From positions 3,154 to 67,153 of the forward strand of contig CANRAL010000001.1 of assembly GCA_947628585.1 (NCBI GenBank): a stretch of DNA of 64,000 nucleotides. Reading direction: 5' to 3'. Below, in pieces: positions 45,089 to 53,882 of this stretch (positions within the stretch are counted from its first letter, which is position 1; each line of letters opens with the position of its first letter). Position numbers and translations under genes: made by a program. This DNA is from an uncultured Bacilli bacterium. Lineage in GTDB: Bacteria; Bacillota_I; Bacilli_A; RF39; UBA660. Under the pieces are notes generated by a model. It was given only the letters and a program-made list of their open reading frames with translations. It did no database searches and had not been told where the DNA came from.

Positions 45089-46443
45089 TTTTCTTGATAT
45101 TTTAAAATTTCTTCCTTATCACTTAAATGATATTTAGTATGTCCAATTATTTGATAATCTTCATGGCCTTTTCCGAGTACTAATAAAATATCATTTTTAT
45201 CTAGCATATTTAAGGCTTCTCTAATAGCTTCTTTACGATCAAAAATAACTTTATAGTTATTTTTTTTAACGCCTTTTAGAATGTCTTGCATAATTTTTTC
45301 TGGATCTTCAGTTCGCGGATTATCATTAGTAAAAATGACAAAATCACTTAAACGGGTGGCTATTTCACCCATTATAGGTCTTTTAAGAGGATCGCGGTCG
45401 CCACCACAGCCAATTAAAGTATAAATTTTCTTTTCTTTTATTACTCTATAGGCTTCGATAATTTTTTCAACAGCATCAGGAGTATGCGCATAGTCAATAA
45501 CTACATATTTGTTATTAATATTATAAGTTTCGCATCGTCCTTTAGGGGCTTTTATATTAGGTACTATTTGGAATAATTCTTCTAATGAATAGCCTAAACT
45601 ATTTACAATAAATAAAGATGTTAAAAAATTATAAACATTAAATTTACTAGTTAAATTATAACTTATTTGATAATCTTTATTTTGATAATTAAATTTTAAA
45701 GTTGTTGTGCTCGGATTAAATTGATAATCTAATATTTTAATATCCCCATTATAGCCTAAAGATAAAGAATTTGGCCAAATATCTGTAAATTTTTTAGAAG
45801 CTTCATCATCGGCATTAACAATAAATAAAGCATCTTTAGTTAAGTAATTTAATATTTTTAATTTTTCATGTAAATAATTTTCCATTGTTTTATGAAAATC
45901 TAAATGATCTATTGTTAAATTAGTAAATGCTCCTACTTTAAACTTTAAACCTAAAATTCTTTCATAATAAAGAGAATGACTACTAACTTCCATTACTAAA
46001 TGGGTACAACCTTTATCAAGGGCATCAAGTAATAAATTATAAATAGTTAGAATATCGGGAGTAGTATTTTCTAGATTTTTTTCTTCATCGAGAAAATAAA
46101 AACCAATAGTTCCTAAATAAGCTACCTTAACACCTAATAGTTTTAAAAATTGATAAGTTAAATAGCAAGTGGTGGTTTTACCATTAGTTCCAGTTACTCC
46201 CACCATAGTTATAGCCTCCAACTTTTGACTATATTCTTTTACTAAATGTTCTTTTAAATATAAATTTGTATCTTTAACAACTTTAACGGGAACATCCGCT
46301 TTAATTTCTTTTTCCGATATAATTTCTTTGGCACCATTTTTAATGGCATCAAAAATATAATCATGACCATCCACAGTGTGTCCTTTGATAGCGATGAAAG
46401 TTTGACCTTCTTTTACTTTCCGGGAATCAGTTTCATATTTCAT
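45085..46443 (-). CDS. murE: UDP-N-acetylmuramoyl-L-alanyl-D-glutamate ligase MurE (DNPR motif, DAP-type signature)
   Basis: GVTGTNGKTTT, DYAHTPDA, GCGGDRD and TNDNPRTEDP. Confidence 0.9.
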   Translation of the reverse strand: MKYETDSRKVKEGQTFIAIKGHTVDGHDYIFDAIKNGAKEIISEKEIKADVPVKVVKDTNLYLKEHLVKEYSQKLEAITMVGVTGTNGKTTTCYLTYQFLKLLGVKVAYLGTIGFYFLDEEKNLENTTPDILTIYNLLLDALDKGCTHLVMEVSSHSLYYERILGLKFKVGAFTNLTIDHLDFHKTMENYLHEKLKILNYLTKDALFIVNADDEASKKFTDIWPNSLSLGYNGDIKILDYQFNPSTTTLKFNYQNKDYQISYNLTSKFNVYNFLTSLFIVNSLGYSLEELFQIVPNIKAPKGRCETYNINNKYVVIDYAHTPDAVEKIIEAYRVIKEKKIYTLIGCGGDRDPLKRPIMGEIATRLSDFVIFTNDNPRTEDPEKIMQDILKGVKKNNYKVIFDRKEAIREALNMLDKNDILLVLGKGHEDYQIIGHTKYHLSDKEEILKYQEN

Positions 46444-46556
46444 AAAAAACCTCCATAAATTTTTCTAATATATTTTATTATAACATTTGTTTTAACTTTC
46501 CAAAAGTGATATAATTATAGTACTTAACAAAAAATAATAAAAATTGGGGTGATGAT

Positions 46557-48926
46557 GTGAATAATGAGGTTAGTTCCAAAAATACTATTATTCAAGGCAA
46601 AAATTATCGATTTACGGTTTTAAGTGAGAGATTAGTTCGTTTAGAATTTAGTATTGATGGTAAATTTAATAACAATAAAACTTTGTTAGTTAAAAATCGT
46701 AATTTTCCTAAATGTGATTTTCAAGTACAACAAGATGATAAATTTTTAGTTATAAATACCAAGTATTTTTCTTTGCAATATATTAAAGAAAAACCTTTTA
46801 AAGGACCAAGTTATGCTCCAGATATTAATTTAAAAATAGCTCTTTTAAATACGGATAAAACTTGGTATTATGATCACCCTGAAGCTCGTAATTTTAAAAG
46901 TGATGCTTTTAGTTTAGATGATTATAAGGGACTTATAAAATTAAATAATGGCTTATATTCTACGGATGGTTTCGCTGTATTAAATGATTCTAAAACCTTA
47001 GAAATAAATGAAAATGGTTTTTTAAAAAAACCGGATTCTAATCGTGTAGACTTATATGTTTTTATGTATAAAAGAGACTTTGGTTTATGCTTAAAGGATT
47101 ATTATACTTTAACGGGTTATCCCCCTTTAATACCAAGATATGCCTTAGGTATTTGGTGGAATAGAGAAAGAATATTTAGTGCGGAAGAATTGTTAGATAT
47201 GGTAGTTTTGTTTAGAAGATATCAAATACCAGTTTCCGTTATTTTATTAAGCGAATTTTGGCATATAAAAGATGAAAGTAATTATAATTTATATAAATCG
47301 GGATATACTTTTAATCCTAAATTATTTCCTAATCCCCAAGAATTTATTAAAAAATTAAATGCCGAACATATAAGAATTGGTTTAAATATTGACCCTGTTG
47401 AAGGAATTAGAAAAGAAGAACCTAGTTATCGTTTATTCGCAGAAAATTTTAATATAACAAATGGTGATAATATTCCTTTTAATATGTTTGATCCTAATTT
47501 TATTAAATTATATTTACAAAGTATTATTAATCCTTTAATAAGTATTGGTACAGATGTTTTTTGGCTTGATTATCGGAAAGATATGGAAACTTTACAAGCT
47601 TTAAATTATTATCAAAATGAAAATATTAAGGCTTTTAATAAACGAAATTTAGTTTTAACGCGTAATCCTTTAGTTGCTCCTCATAATTATCAAGTTTTAT
47701 ATTCTGGAGAAACAATTGTTAGTTGGAATACTTTAAAATATTTACCTTTTTATAATGCTTTAGGTTCTAATAAAGGTATTAGTTGGTGGAGCCACGATGT
47801 TGGAGGCTATAAAGATGGAATCGAAGATGGCGAACTATACATAAGATATGTTGAGTTTGCTTGCTTTAGTCCAATATTTCGTTTTAGTGCTAAAAGAGGC
47901 CCATACTATAAAAGAGAACCTTGGTTATGGGATATTAAAACTTATACTGTAGCTCGAGAATATTGTTGGCTAAGACAGCGACTTATTCCTTATATTTATA
48001 CGGAAAGTTATAATTATTATAAAAATGGTATTCCGTTGGTTCAACCATTATATTACATTTATCCGGAAATATATGATGAACCTTTATATAATAACGAATA
48101 TTATTTTGGCCGAGAATTAATTGTTGCTCCGATTACTCGACCAATGAATACCTTAATTAGTCGTTCAATCCATCGAATATTTTTACCTGAAGGGGTATGG
48201 TATGAATTTAAAACAGGGAAGAAGTTTATTGGTAACAAACGTTATGTAGTTTTCTATAATGAAGAAAATTATCCTGTTTTTGCTAAAAGTGGAACAATTA
48301 TTCCATTAGCTAACTTAATGGAAAATAAAAATGATACTTCTAATCCTCACGATTTAGAAATAAATGTTTTCCCAGGCAGTAATAATATTTATAAATTATA
48401 TGAAGATGATGGCATAAGTAATGATTATCTTAATGGTAAATATATTATTACGGCAATAGATTACAATTATTTAAAAAATAATTATACGTTAATAATTCAC
48501 CCTGTAGAAGGAGATATAAGTCTTTTACCTCCTGAAAGAAGTTATAAAATAAGATTTCGTAATACTAGACAAGCAGATAATGTAAGTGTTTATTTAAATC
48601 AAGATATATTAAATAATATTGTTTCTTATGAAGATGCTAATGATTTTGTAGTTGAAATAAAAAATGTTGATCCTAAAAAACAATTAACAATTAATTGTAA
48701 GGGTAGAGATATTGAAATTGATGCTACTCGGATTATTAATGAAGATATTAATGCTATTATCAATGATATGAATATAAGTACTAAATTAAAAGAAGAAATT
48801 GCGCAAATTGTTTTCAGTGATTTAGAAATTCATCGTAAAAGAATTGAATTAAGAAAAATTAGAAATTTAAATAGTAAAGTTAAAAAAATGTTCTTGAAAT
48901 TGCTTGAATATATTGCGGAAATTTAA
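46557..48926 (+). CDS. glycoside hydrolase family 31 (alpha-glucosidase/xylosidase-like)
   Basis: YALGIWWNRE, VFWLDYRKD and SWWSHDVGGY resemble the YicI-type GH31 catalytic region. GTG start as in the ORF track. Confidence 0.75.
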   Translation: MNNEVSSKNTIIQGKNYRFTVLSERLVRLEFSIDGKFNNNKTLLVKNRNFPKCDFQVQQDDKFLVINTKYFSLQYIKEKPFKGPSYAPDINLKIALLNTDKTWYYDHPEARNFKSDAFSLDDYKGLIKLNNGLYSTDGFAVLNDSKTLEINENGFLKKPDSNRVDLYVFMYKRDFGLCLKDYYTLTGYPPLIPRYALGIWWNRERIFSAEELLDMVVLFRRYQIPVSVILLSEFWHIKDESNYNLYKSGYTFNPKLFPNPQEFIKKLNAEHIRIGLNIDPVEGIRKEEPSYRLFAENFNITNGDNIPFNMFDPNFIKLYLQSIINPLISIGTDVFWLDYRKDMETLQALNYYQNENIKAFNKRNLVLTRNPLVAPHNYQVLYSGETIVSWNTLKYLPFYNALGSNKGISWWSHDVGGYKDGIEDGELYIRYVEFACFSPIFRFSAKRGPYYKREPWLWDIKTYTVAREYCWLRQRLIPYIYTESYNYYKNGIPLVQPLYYIYPEIYDEPLYNNEYYFGRELIVAPITRPMNTLISRSIHRIFLPEGVWYEFKTGKKFIGNKRYVVFYNEENYPVFAKSGTIIPLANLMENKNDTSNPHDLEINVFPGSNNIYKLYEDDGISNDYLNGKYIITAIDYNYLKNNYTLIIHPVEGDISLLPPERSYKIRFRNTRQADNVSVYLNQDILNNIVSYEDANDFVVEIKNVDPKKQLTINCKGRDIEIDATRIINEDINAIINDMNISTKLKEEIAQIVFSDLEIHRKRIELRKIRNLNSKVKKMFLKLLEYIAEI

Positions 48927-48956
48927 TATAATGAATATTAACAAAGGAAAAATTAT

Positions 48957-49002
48957 AAAAATGGTATCAATCGGAAAAATATCCCTTTGGATACCATTTT
49001 TT
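48957..49002 (+). terminator. rho-independent terminator of the GH31 gene
   Basis: aatggtatc / gataccatt stem followed by a T-run. It lies inside the TTG-extended version of the next ORF. Confidence 0.65.
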
Positions 49003-49014
49003 ATTGGAGGAAAG

Positions 49015-49404
49015 ATGGAATTTAAAATAAGTATTATCACGGGAATAATAACTTTTATCTTAATTTTTTTAATTGATTATTGTTTTATTTTATTACCTAA
49101 ATATAATATTATGTCGGGTAAAAAAAAGGCTAAAAAAAATAAAAAAGAAGTTAGTATGATGGAGTTACTTTATTTACAAAAGAAATTTAAATTGGATTTA
49201 TTTAAGGTAGATTTAGATTATTTAATTAAATGGTTTGCTTTTTTAAATGCTTTTATTATTTCTTTAACTTCAACGATAATTATGTTAATACCTTTAAATA
49301 TGATTTTTCAATTATTGATAGGTTTTGTTTTATTAATTGGTTTAATATATGCCTTATATGAATTATTAGGGCGCCATCTAGTTAAAAAAGGATGGGGAAG
49401 ATAA
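49015..49404 (+). CDS. small membrane protein
   Basis: ORF 48904..49404 trimmed to ATG 49015, which follows GGAGGAAAG. Upstream part is occupied by the terminator. Three TM helices. Confidence 0.6.
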   Translation: MEFKISIITGIITFILIFLIDYCFILLPKYNIMSGKKKAKKNKKEVSMMELLYLQKKFKLDLFKVDLDYLIKWFAFLNAFIISLTSTIIMLIPLNMIFQLLIGFVLLIGLIYALYELLGRHLVKKGWGR

Positions 49405-49417
49405 CACTTTACATAAT

Positions 49418-49446
49418 TTGACAAAAATTAATTAATAGTGTATAAT
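49418..49446 (+). promoter_or_regulatory. consensus sigmaA promoter
   Basis: TTGACA, 17 nt spacer, TATAAT with a TG-extended -10. Confidence 0.65.
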
Positions 49447-49475
49447 ATAGACATATATAACGGGGGTTGATGGTA

Positions 49476-50231
49476 ATGAAAGTATATCGGTTTATGGCCT
49501 TAAAAGAAGATGCCAGTTATAGTGAAAAAGAATTAGAACATTTAAAAAAGGGAATTGTATGCCCTTCAAGTGAATATTTTAAATATACGAAAAATCCGCG
49601 AGCAGGTTTAAATTCATTTAATAATGCTTCAGCTTTAAATAAATATTTTTTTGCTAGTCTTTTAGATGCTCTTCGTTATCAAAATAACTTTTATAATCGG
49701 ATGCATTTGCAAGGAAAAAATGTAGAGTGTTTAATTTGGGAAGTAGATATTCCTAATAATTTATTAAAAAAATATTTAGGATTAGGTTATTATAGTCCTA
49801 GTGATTCGCGAATTGAATATAAAATTCCTTATCATTCATTAGCTTCCTTATTAGGTACTTTATCAGAAGAATATATAAATATTATAAGTATTTTAGAACA
49901 AGCTTATGGCTATCAAGATTTAAGTGAAGAAAGTAAAAAAACTTTATTAAGTTTAGGTTTTAATATTGAAAATTATTCTAAAGAAGAATTATATGCTTTT
50001 TTAAGTTTTAAATTATGGCAAAGAGCTAAAATATTAGAAAATAAAGATTATTTAAATAAAGAATTTGTTGATGAATGTTTACAAATTGCTTTTAAAAATC
50101 GTCTTACTAAGCATAACCATTATAAAGAAAAAGATATACCTTATTTAGATCAAGAAACAGAATATATAGATAGAGAAAATGAAGAAATAAAAAGAGCTTT
50201 AAAAAAGGAAAATATTGCTTTTCATCTTTAA
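49476..50231 (+). CDS. hypothetical protein
   Basis: ORF 49467..50231. ATG 49476 lies ~9 nt after GGGGG. No motifs recognised. Confidence 0.55.
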   Translation: MKVYRFMALKEDASYSEKELEHLKKGIVCPSSEYFKYTKNPRAGLNSFNNASALNKYFFASLLDALRYQNNFYNRMHLQGKNVECLIWEVDIPNNLLKKYLGLGYYSPSDSRIEYKIPYHSLASLLGTLSEEYINIISILEQAYGYQDLSEESKKTLLSLGFNIENYSKEELYAFLSFKLWQRAKILENKDYLNKEFVDECLQIAFKNRLTKHNHYKEKDIPYLDQETEYIDRENEEIKRALKKENIAFHL

Positions 50232-50269
50232 TTCGACATATTTTTATTAATCTTTAATATATAATAAAA

Positions 50270-50452
50270 ATGGTGATAAATTTGAAAGTTAAAGTTATAG
50301 ATGAAGCTCATGAAAAAGATTTAGAAAATAGTGTTAATGCCTTTCTTTCTTCAGGTGATTTTGATATAATAGATATTAAATATCAAGTAGCAATTGGTGT
50401 TTGTGGAGAAGAACAATTATATTGTTTTAGTGCGATGATTATTTATAATTAA
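50270..50452 (+). CDS. Cse60 (YteV) family sporulation protein
   Basis: KVKVIDEAHEKDLENSVNAFL...IIDIKYQV...EQLYCFSAMIIY closely follows the Cse60 pattern. Confidence 0.7.
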   Translation: MVINLKVKVIDEAHEKDLENSVNAFLSSGDFDIIDIKYQVAIGVCGEEQLYCFSAMIIYN

Positions 50453-50475
50453 AAAAACTTACAAAAAGTAAGTTT
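50451..50475. terminator. bidirectional terminator between convergent genes
   Basis: cttac / gtaag stem flanked by an A-run and a T-run. Confidence 0.45.
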
Positions 50476-50764
50476 AAAGCATATACATATTAGTTGTGTT
50501 AGTGTCGTAATCGTCAATTATGGTATTACTCGTAGTTTCTAGCTTGCTAATTCGATGATCTAAGCGATTTATTTGCCTTTCTATTTTGGCTAAACGGCTT
50601 TCTAAATCATTATTGGCTAAACCCATATTAGGGTTAGGTCCTGTATAAAAAGAATTATAAGATTGACTAGCTTGATAGGGATTAGGCCCCATATTAAAAT
50701 TGGGATTGTATCCTTGGTAAGCCATATTTCCTTCACTAAAAAATGAATTTCTTGTTTTTTTCAT
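50474..50764 (-). CDS. hypothetical N/P/Q/Y-rich protein with C-terminal coiled coil
   Basis: GYNPNFNMGPNPYQASQSYNSFYTGPNPNMG followed by LESRLAKIERQINRLDHRISKLE. Confidence 0.55.
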   Translation of the reverse strand: MKKTRNSFFSEGNMAYQGYNPNFNMGPNPYQASQSYNSFYTGPNPNMGLANNDLESRLAKIERQINRLDHRISKLETTSNTIIDDYDTNTTNMYML

Positions 50765-50810
50765 TTTCCCTCCTATAACATTATATGCTTGGTTAAAGGA
50801 AGTGTTATAA

Positions 50811-51443
50811 ATGCGGATAAGAAATCCTAAAGATAAAGATGAAGTAATTAATAATTGTAATTTTTTTTACCATGATGATTTTATAAATAATAATCCTATT
50901 CATTTAGAAATTGGGATGGGTAAGGGAAAATTTATTTTAGAAATGGCTTTAAAATATCCTAATATTAATTTTATTGGCGTAGAAAAATTTAGCTCTGTGG
51001 CATCATTTGCAATTAAAAAAATTGCTCCTTATAACTTACCAAATTTAAGAATAATTATTGGCGATGCTATTGACTTAGGAGAAATTCTTAAAAATAAAAT
51101 ATCTTGTATTTATTTAAACTTTTCGGATCCTTGGCCTAAAAAAAGGCATGCGAAAAGGAGATTAACTTCCCGGGAATATTTAAAAAGCTATGATGAATTA
51201 TTTAAAGATAATAAGGTAATTATTCAAAAAACAGATAATGATGAATTATTTCTTTTTAGTGTGACTTCTTTAAAAGAATATGGATATAATATTGAAGAAA
51301 TAAACTATGATTTAAATTCGGAAGATCCTAACAATGTTATGACAGAATATGAAGAAAAATTTCGTAATAAAGGCATAAAAATTAAATATTTAAAAGCAGT
51401 GAAATTGATAGATACTGGTAAGGAAAAAGAAAATTTGCTATAA
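50811..51443 (+). CDS. trmB: tRNA (guanine46-N7)-methyltransferase
   Basis: LEIGMGKGKFI, GVEKF and LNFSDPWPKKRHAKRRL. Confidence 0.9.
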   Translation: MRIRNPKDKDEVINNCNFFYHDDFINNNPIHLEIGMGKGKFILEMALKYPNINFIGVEKFSSVASFAIKKIAPYNLPNLRIIIGDAIDLGEILKNKISCIYLNFSDPWPKKRHAKRRLTSREYLKSYDELFKDNKVIIQKTDNDELFLFSVTSLKEYGYNIEEINYDLNSEDPNNVMTEYEEKFRNKGIKIKYLKAVKLIDTGKEKENLL

Positions 51444-51461
51444 TTATAATTGGTGAAGTTT

Positions 51462-52097
51462 ATGAAAAAGATAATAATCTTAAGTTTTATAATTTTTATC
51501 TTGAGTGGCTGTAGTAATGTAGAAAATTTAAATTATGAACAAATATTAAAATCTTTTAATGATTATGGACATAAAGCTAATGTTTATCGATCTGGATATA
51601 AATATTATTTGCCAAGATCTTTACAGGTTGATGATAGCACTTTATTTAATGAAATAATTTCTAGTGAATATGCTAATTATTATTTATATGTGGATGCTTT
51701 AAGTTATAAAGAAAAAGTTGAAAAAAAATACCAAGAAAATAGTACTAGTTTTTATTCTGTGGCTTTAAATTATAATAATAAATATGGTTATATTGAAATA
51801 AATAAACAAGAAAACGATAAATATTTGATTGAAATTATGTATAATTATGCTAAAATAGAAGTAATAGTAAATAAAGATAAGATAAATGAAGCTTTACTTA
51901 CTAGTATAAGTATTTTAAAAAGCGTTACTTATAATGATGAAATTGTAGACAATTTATTTTTGAATAATGTTTTAGATTTTACAGAAGAAGAATTTAACAT
52001 TTTTAATACGACAAGTAATGATAGTACATATCTGCAAATGGGTGAAGATATTGATGAGACTGATGAGATTTTGCCAGATACAGATTTATTAAACTAG
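51462..52097 (+). CDS. lipoprotein, function unknown
   Basis: ORF 51450..52097. ATG 51462 gives MKKIIILSFIIFILSGC with an LSGC lipobox. Confidence 0.65.
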   Translation: MKKIIILSFIIFILSGCSNVENLNYEQILKSFNDYGHKANVYRSGYKYYLPRSLQVDDSTLFNEIISSEYANYYLYVDALSYKEKVEKKYQENSTSFYSVALNYNNKYGYIEINKQENDKYLIEIMYNYAKIEVIVNKDKINEALLTSISILKSVTYNDEIVDNLFLNNVLDFTEEEFNIFNTTSNDSTYLQMGEDIDETDEILPDTDLLN

Positions 52098-52109
52098 GAA
52101 GGTGAAAAC

Positions 52110-53018
52110 ATGGGATTGTTTGGAAAATTAAAAGATATTTTATTTGAAGAAGAAGAGGAAATTGAGGAAACTATACCTCCTGAAATAAAAAGAGAAACTA
52201 TAAAAGTAGACGAAGAAAAAGTTGAAAAAGAAAAAAAGGAAGAAATAAGAGAACCAAAAGAAAATAAAATGGGAGAAGTGAAAAAAACTGTTCCCGAAGA
52301 AAAAGAAGAATTCCTTGGTGAAAGAGATTTTTATCGTCAAGAAAAAAGTTCGCCATTTTTAGACTTTGATGAAAAAGAGTTTTCAAATTATATGGTTAAA
52401 TCACAACCAAAAACACCAAATGTTATTGAATATGAACGTAAGAAAAAAGTGGAAAAAAGAACTGATTATGGAAGATATGAAAAATCCGAAATTAGAGAAA
52501 CAATTGAAAAGAAAAAATTTAAACCATCACCTATTATCTCACCTGTTTATGGAATTTTGAATGAAGATTATCGGATAGAAGATATTAAGAGTAAAGATAG
52601 TGATAATTTGGATATTGATAAGGTTCGAAAAAAAGCTTTTGAAAAAAAAGAAGTAAAAAATGATCCAAAAGTAGATTATTATGAAGAAGAAACTGTAACT
52701 GTAAAATACAAAGAAGAAGAAGATGAAAAAGAAAAGAAAGATAAGACTATTGAGGATTTATTAGAAGATACATCTGATGAAATAATTAAAGTTGATTTAG
52801 ACACAAATGAAGATGAACTGGAAGATAAATCTCGCATAAAATATGAAGAGATAGAAGAAGAATTAGATTTAGATAATGAAGAAAGTAGTAAACAAGAAGA
52901 TAAAATAATCGAAAATACTGAAGAAACACCTGATAAAGAAGAAGATGATTCTACAATTGAAAGTGATTTATTTGATTTAATTGATTCAATGTATGAAGAA
53001 AGAGAGGATGGTGAATAA
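52110..53018 (+). CDS. highly charged Glu/Lys-rich protein with N-terminal amphipathic helix
   Basis: MGLFGKLKDILF followed by an E/K-rich low-complexity region and a conserved-looking KPSPIISPVYGILNEDY segment. Confidence 0.6.
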   Translation: MGLFGKLKDILFEEEEEIEETIPPEIKRETIKVDEEKVEKEKKEEIREPKENKMGEVKKTVPEEKEEFLGERDFYRQEKSSPFLDFDEKEFSNYMVKSQPKTPNVIEYERKKKVEKRTDYGRYEKSEIRETIEKKKFKPSPIISPVYGILNEDYRIEDIKSKDSDNLDIDKVRKKAFEKKEVKNDPKVDYYEEETVTVKYKEEEDEKEKKDKTIEDLLEDTSDEIIKVDLDTNEDELEDKSRIKYEEIEEELDLDNEESSKQEDKIIENTEETPDKEEDDSTIESDLFDLIDSMYEEREDGE

Positions 53019-53317
53019 TGGATTTTTGGTTAAAATTTTTACCACTTATAATATACATTTTATTAATAATTCTCCTAGTTGTTGGCATAATTTTAGGAAT
53101 TAAGACTATAATAACAATGAGTAAGGTAGAAACGGTAGTAGATAATGTTAACAAAAAAGTCGAATCACTAAATTCTATATTTAATATAATTGATTTCACA
53201 ACTGATAGGATTACGAATATGGCTGATAAGGTTGTTGATTTTCTAGCTAATTTGTTTATGAAAATATGGCCTAAAAAAAGAATAAAAGAGGAGGATGAAA
53301 ATGGAAAAGAAGAGTAA
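53018..53317 (+). CDS. DUF948 domain membrane protein
   Basis: Single N-terminal TM then a coiled region (VETVVDNVNKKVESLNSIFN), adjacent to a YtxH gene as in Bacillus. Confidence 0.65.
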   Translation: MDFWLKFLPLIIYILLIILLVVGIILGIKTIITMSKVETVVDNVNKKVESLNSIFNIIDFTTDRITNMADKVVDFLANLFMKIWPKKRIKEEDENGKEE

Positions 53318-53741
53318 TTTTGGAAAATTTTTAACAGGTGCTGTAATTGGCGCGGGATTAGGTATTTTATTTGCTCCTAAAACTGGAGAAGAAACAAGAA
53401 AAGAATTAAAGAAAAAAATCGATGAATTAATTCAAAAAACTAAAGAAATAGATGTTGATGAAGTAAAAGAAAATATTTTAAATAAAATTAATGAAATCGA
53501 AGTAGCAGTAAAAGACTTAGATAAAGAAAAAGCCTTAAATATTGCTAAAGAAAAAGCTAAACAAATTGAAGAAAAAACAACAGAATTAGTAAATATGGCA
53601 ATAGATAGTGCCAAACCTAAATTGGAACAAATGGCTGAAGATGTAAAAAAAAGTACAATTAAAAATTTAAAAGTTATAATAAAAAAATTAGAAACTAAAG
53701 ATACTCAACCTAAAAAAACAGTTAAAAAAGCTACTAAATAA
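53295..53741 (+). CDS. YtxH domain protein
   Basis: FLTGAVIGAGLGILFAPKTGEETRKELKKK is the YtxH signature. Confidence 0.8.
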   Translation: MKMEKKSNFGKFLTGAVIGAGLGILFAPKTGEETRKELKKKIDELIQKTKEIDVDEVKENILNKINEIEVAVKDLDKEKALNIAKEKAKQIEEKTTELVNMAIDSAKPKLEQMAEDVKKSTIKNLKVIIKKLETKDTQPKKTVKKATK

Positions 53742-53748
53742 AAATATG

Positions 53749-53775
53749 AAAACTACATTTTAGTAGTTTTTTATT
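53749..53775 (+). terminator. rho-independent terminator
   Basis: aaaactac / gtagtttt stem followed by a T-run. Confidence 0.65.
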
Positions 53776-53882
53776 TTGTCAAACTTTTGTAAAGTTTTAT
53801 TTTTTGCAAAGCAAACCATTGATATATATATATATAGTAAAATGGGCTTTAGATAGAGTATTTGCGAAAGGATATGATATAT

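Noticed and set aside
52140-52560. Three track ORFs (52140..52340 -, 52198..52386 -, 52366..52560 +) inside the Glu/Lys-rich gene
   Set aside because: They are shadow frames of GAA/AAA-rich low-complexity coding sequence. The translations are poly-F/L/K nonsense with no RBS, and all are fully nested in a better-supported gene.
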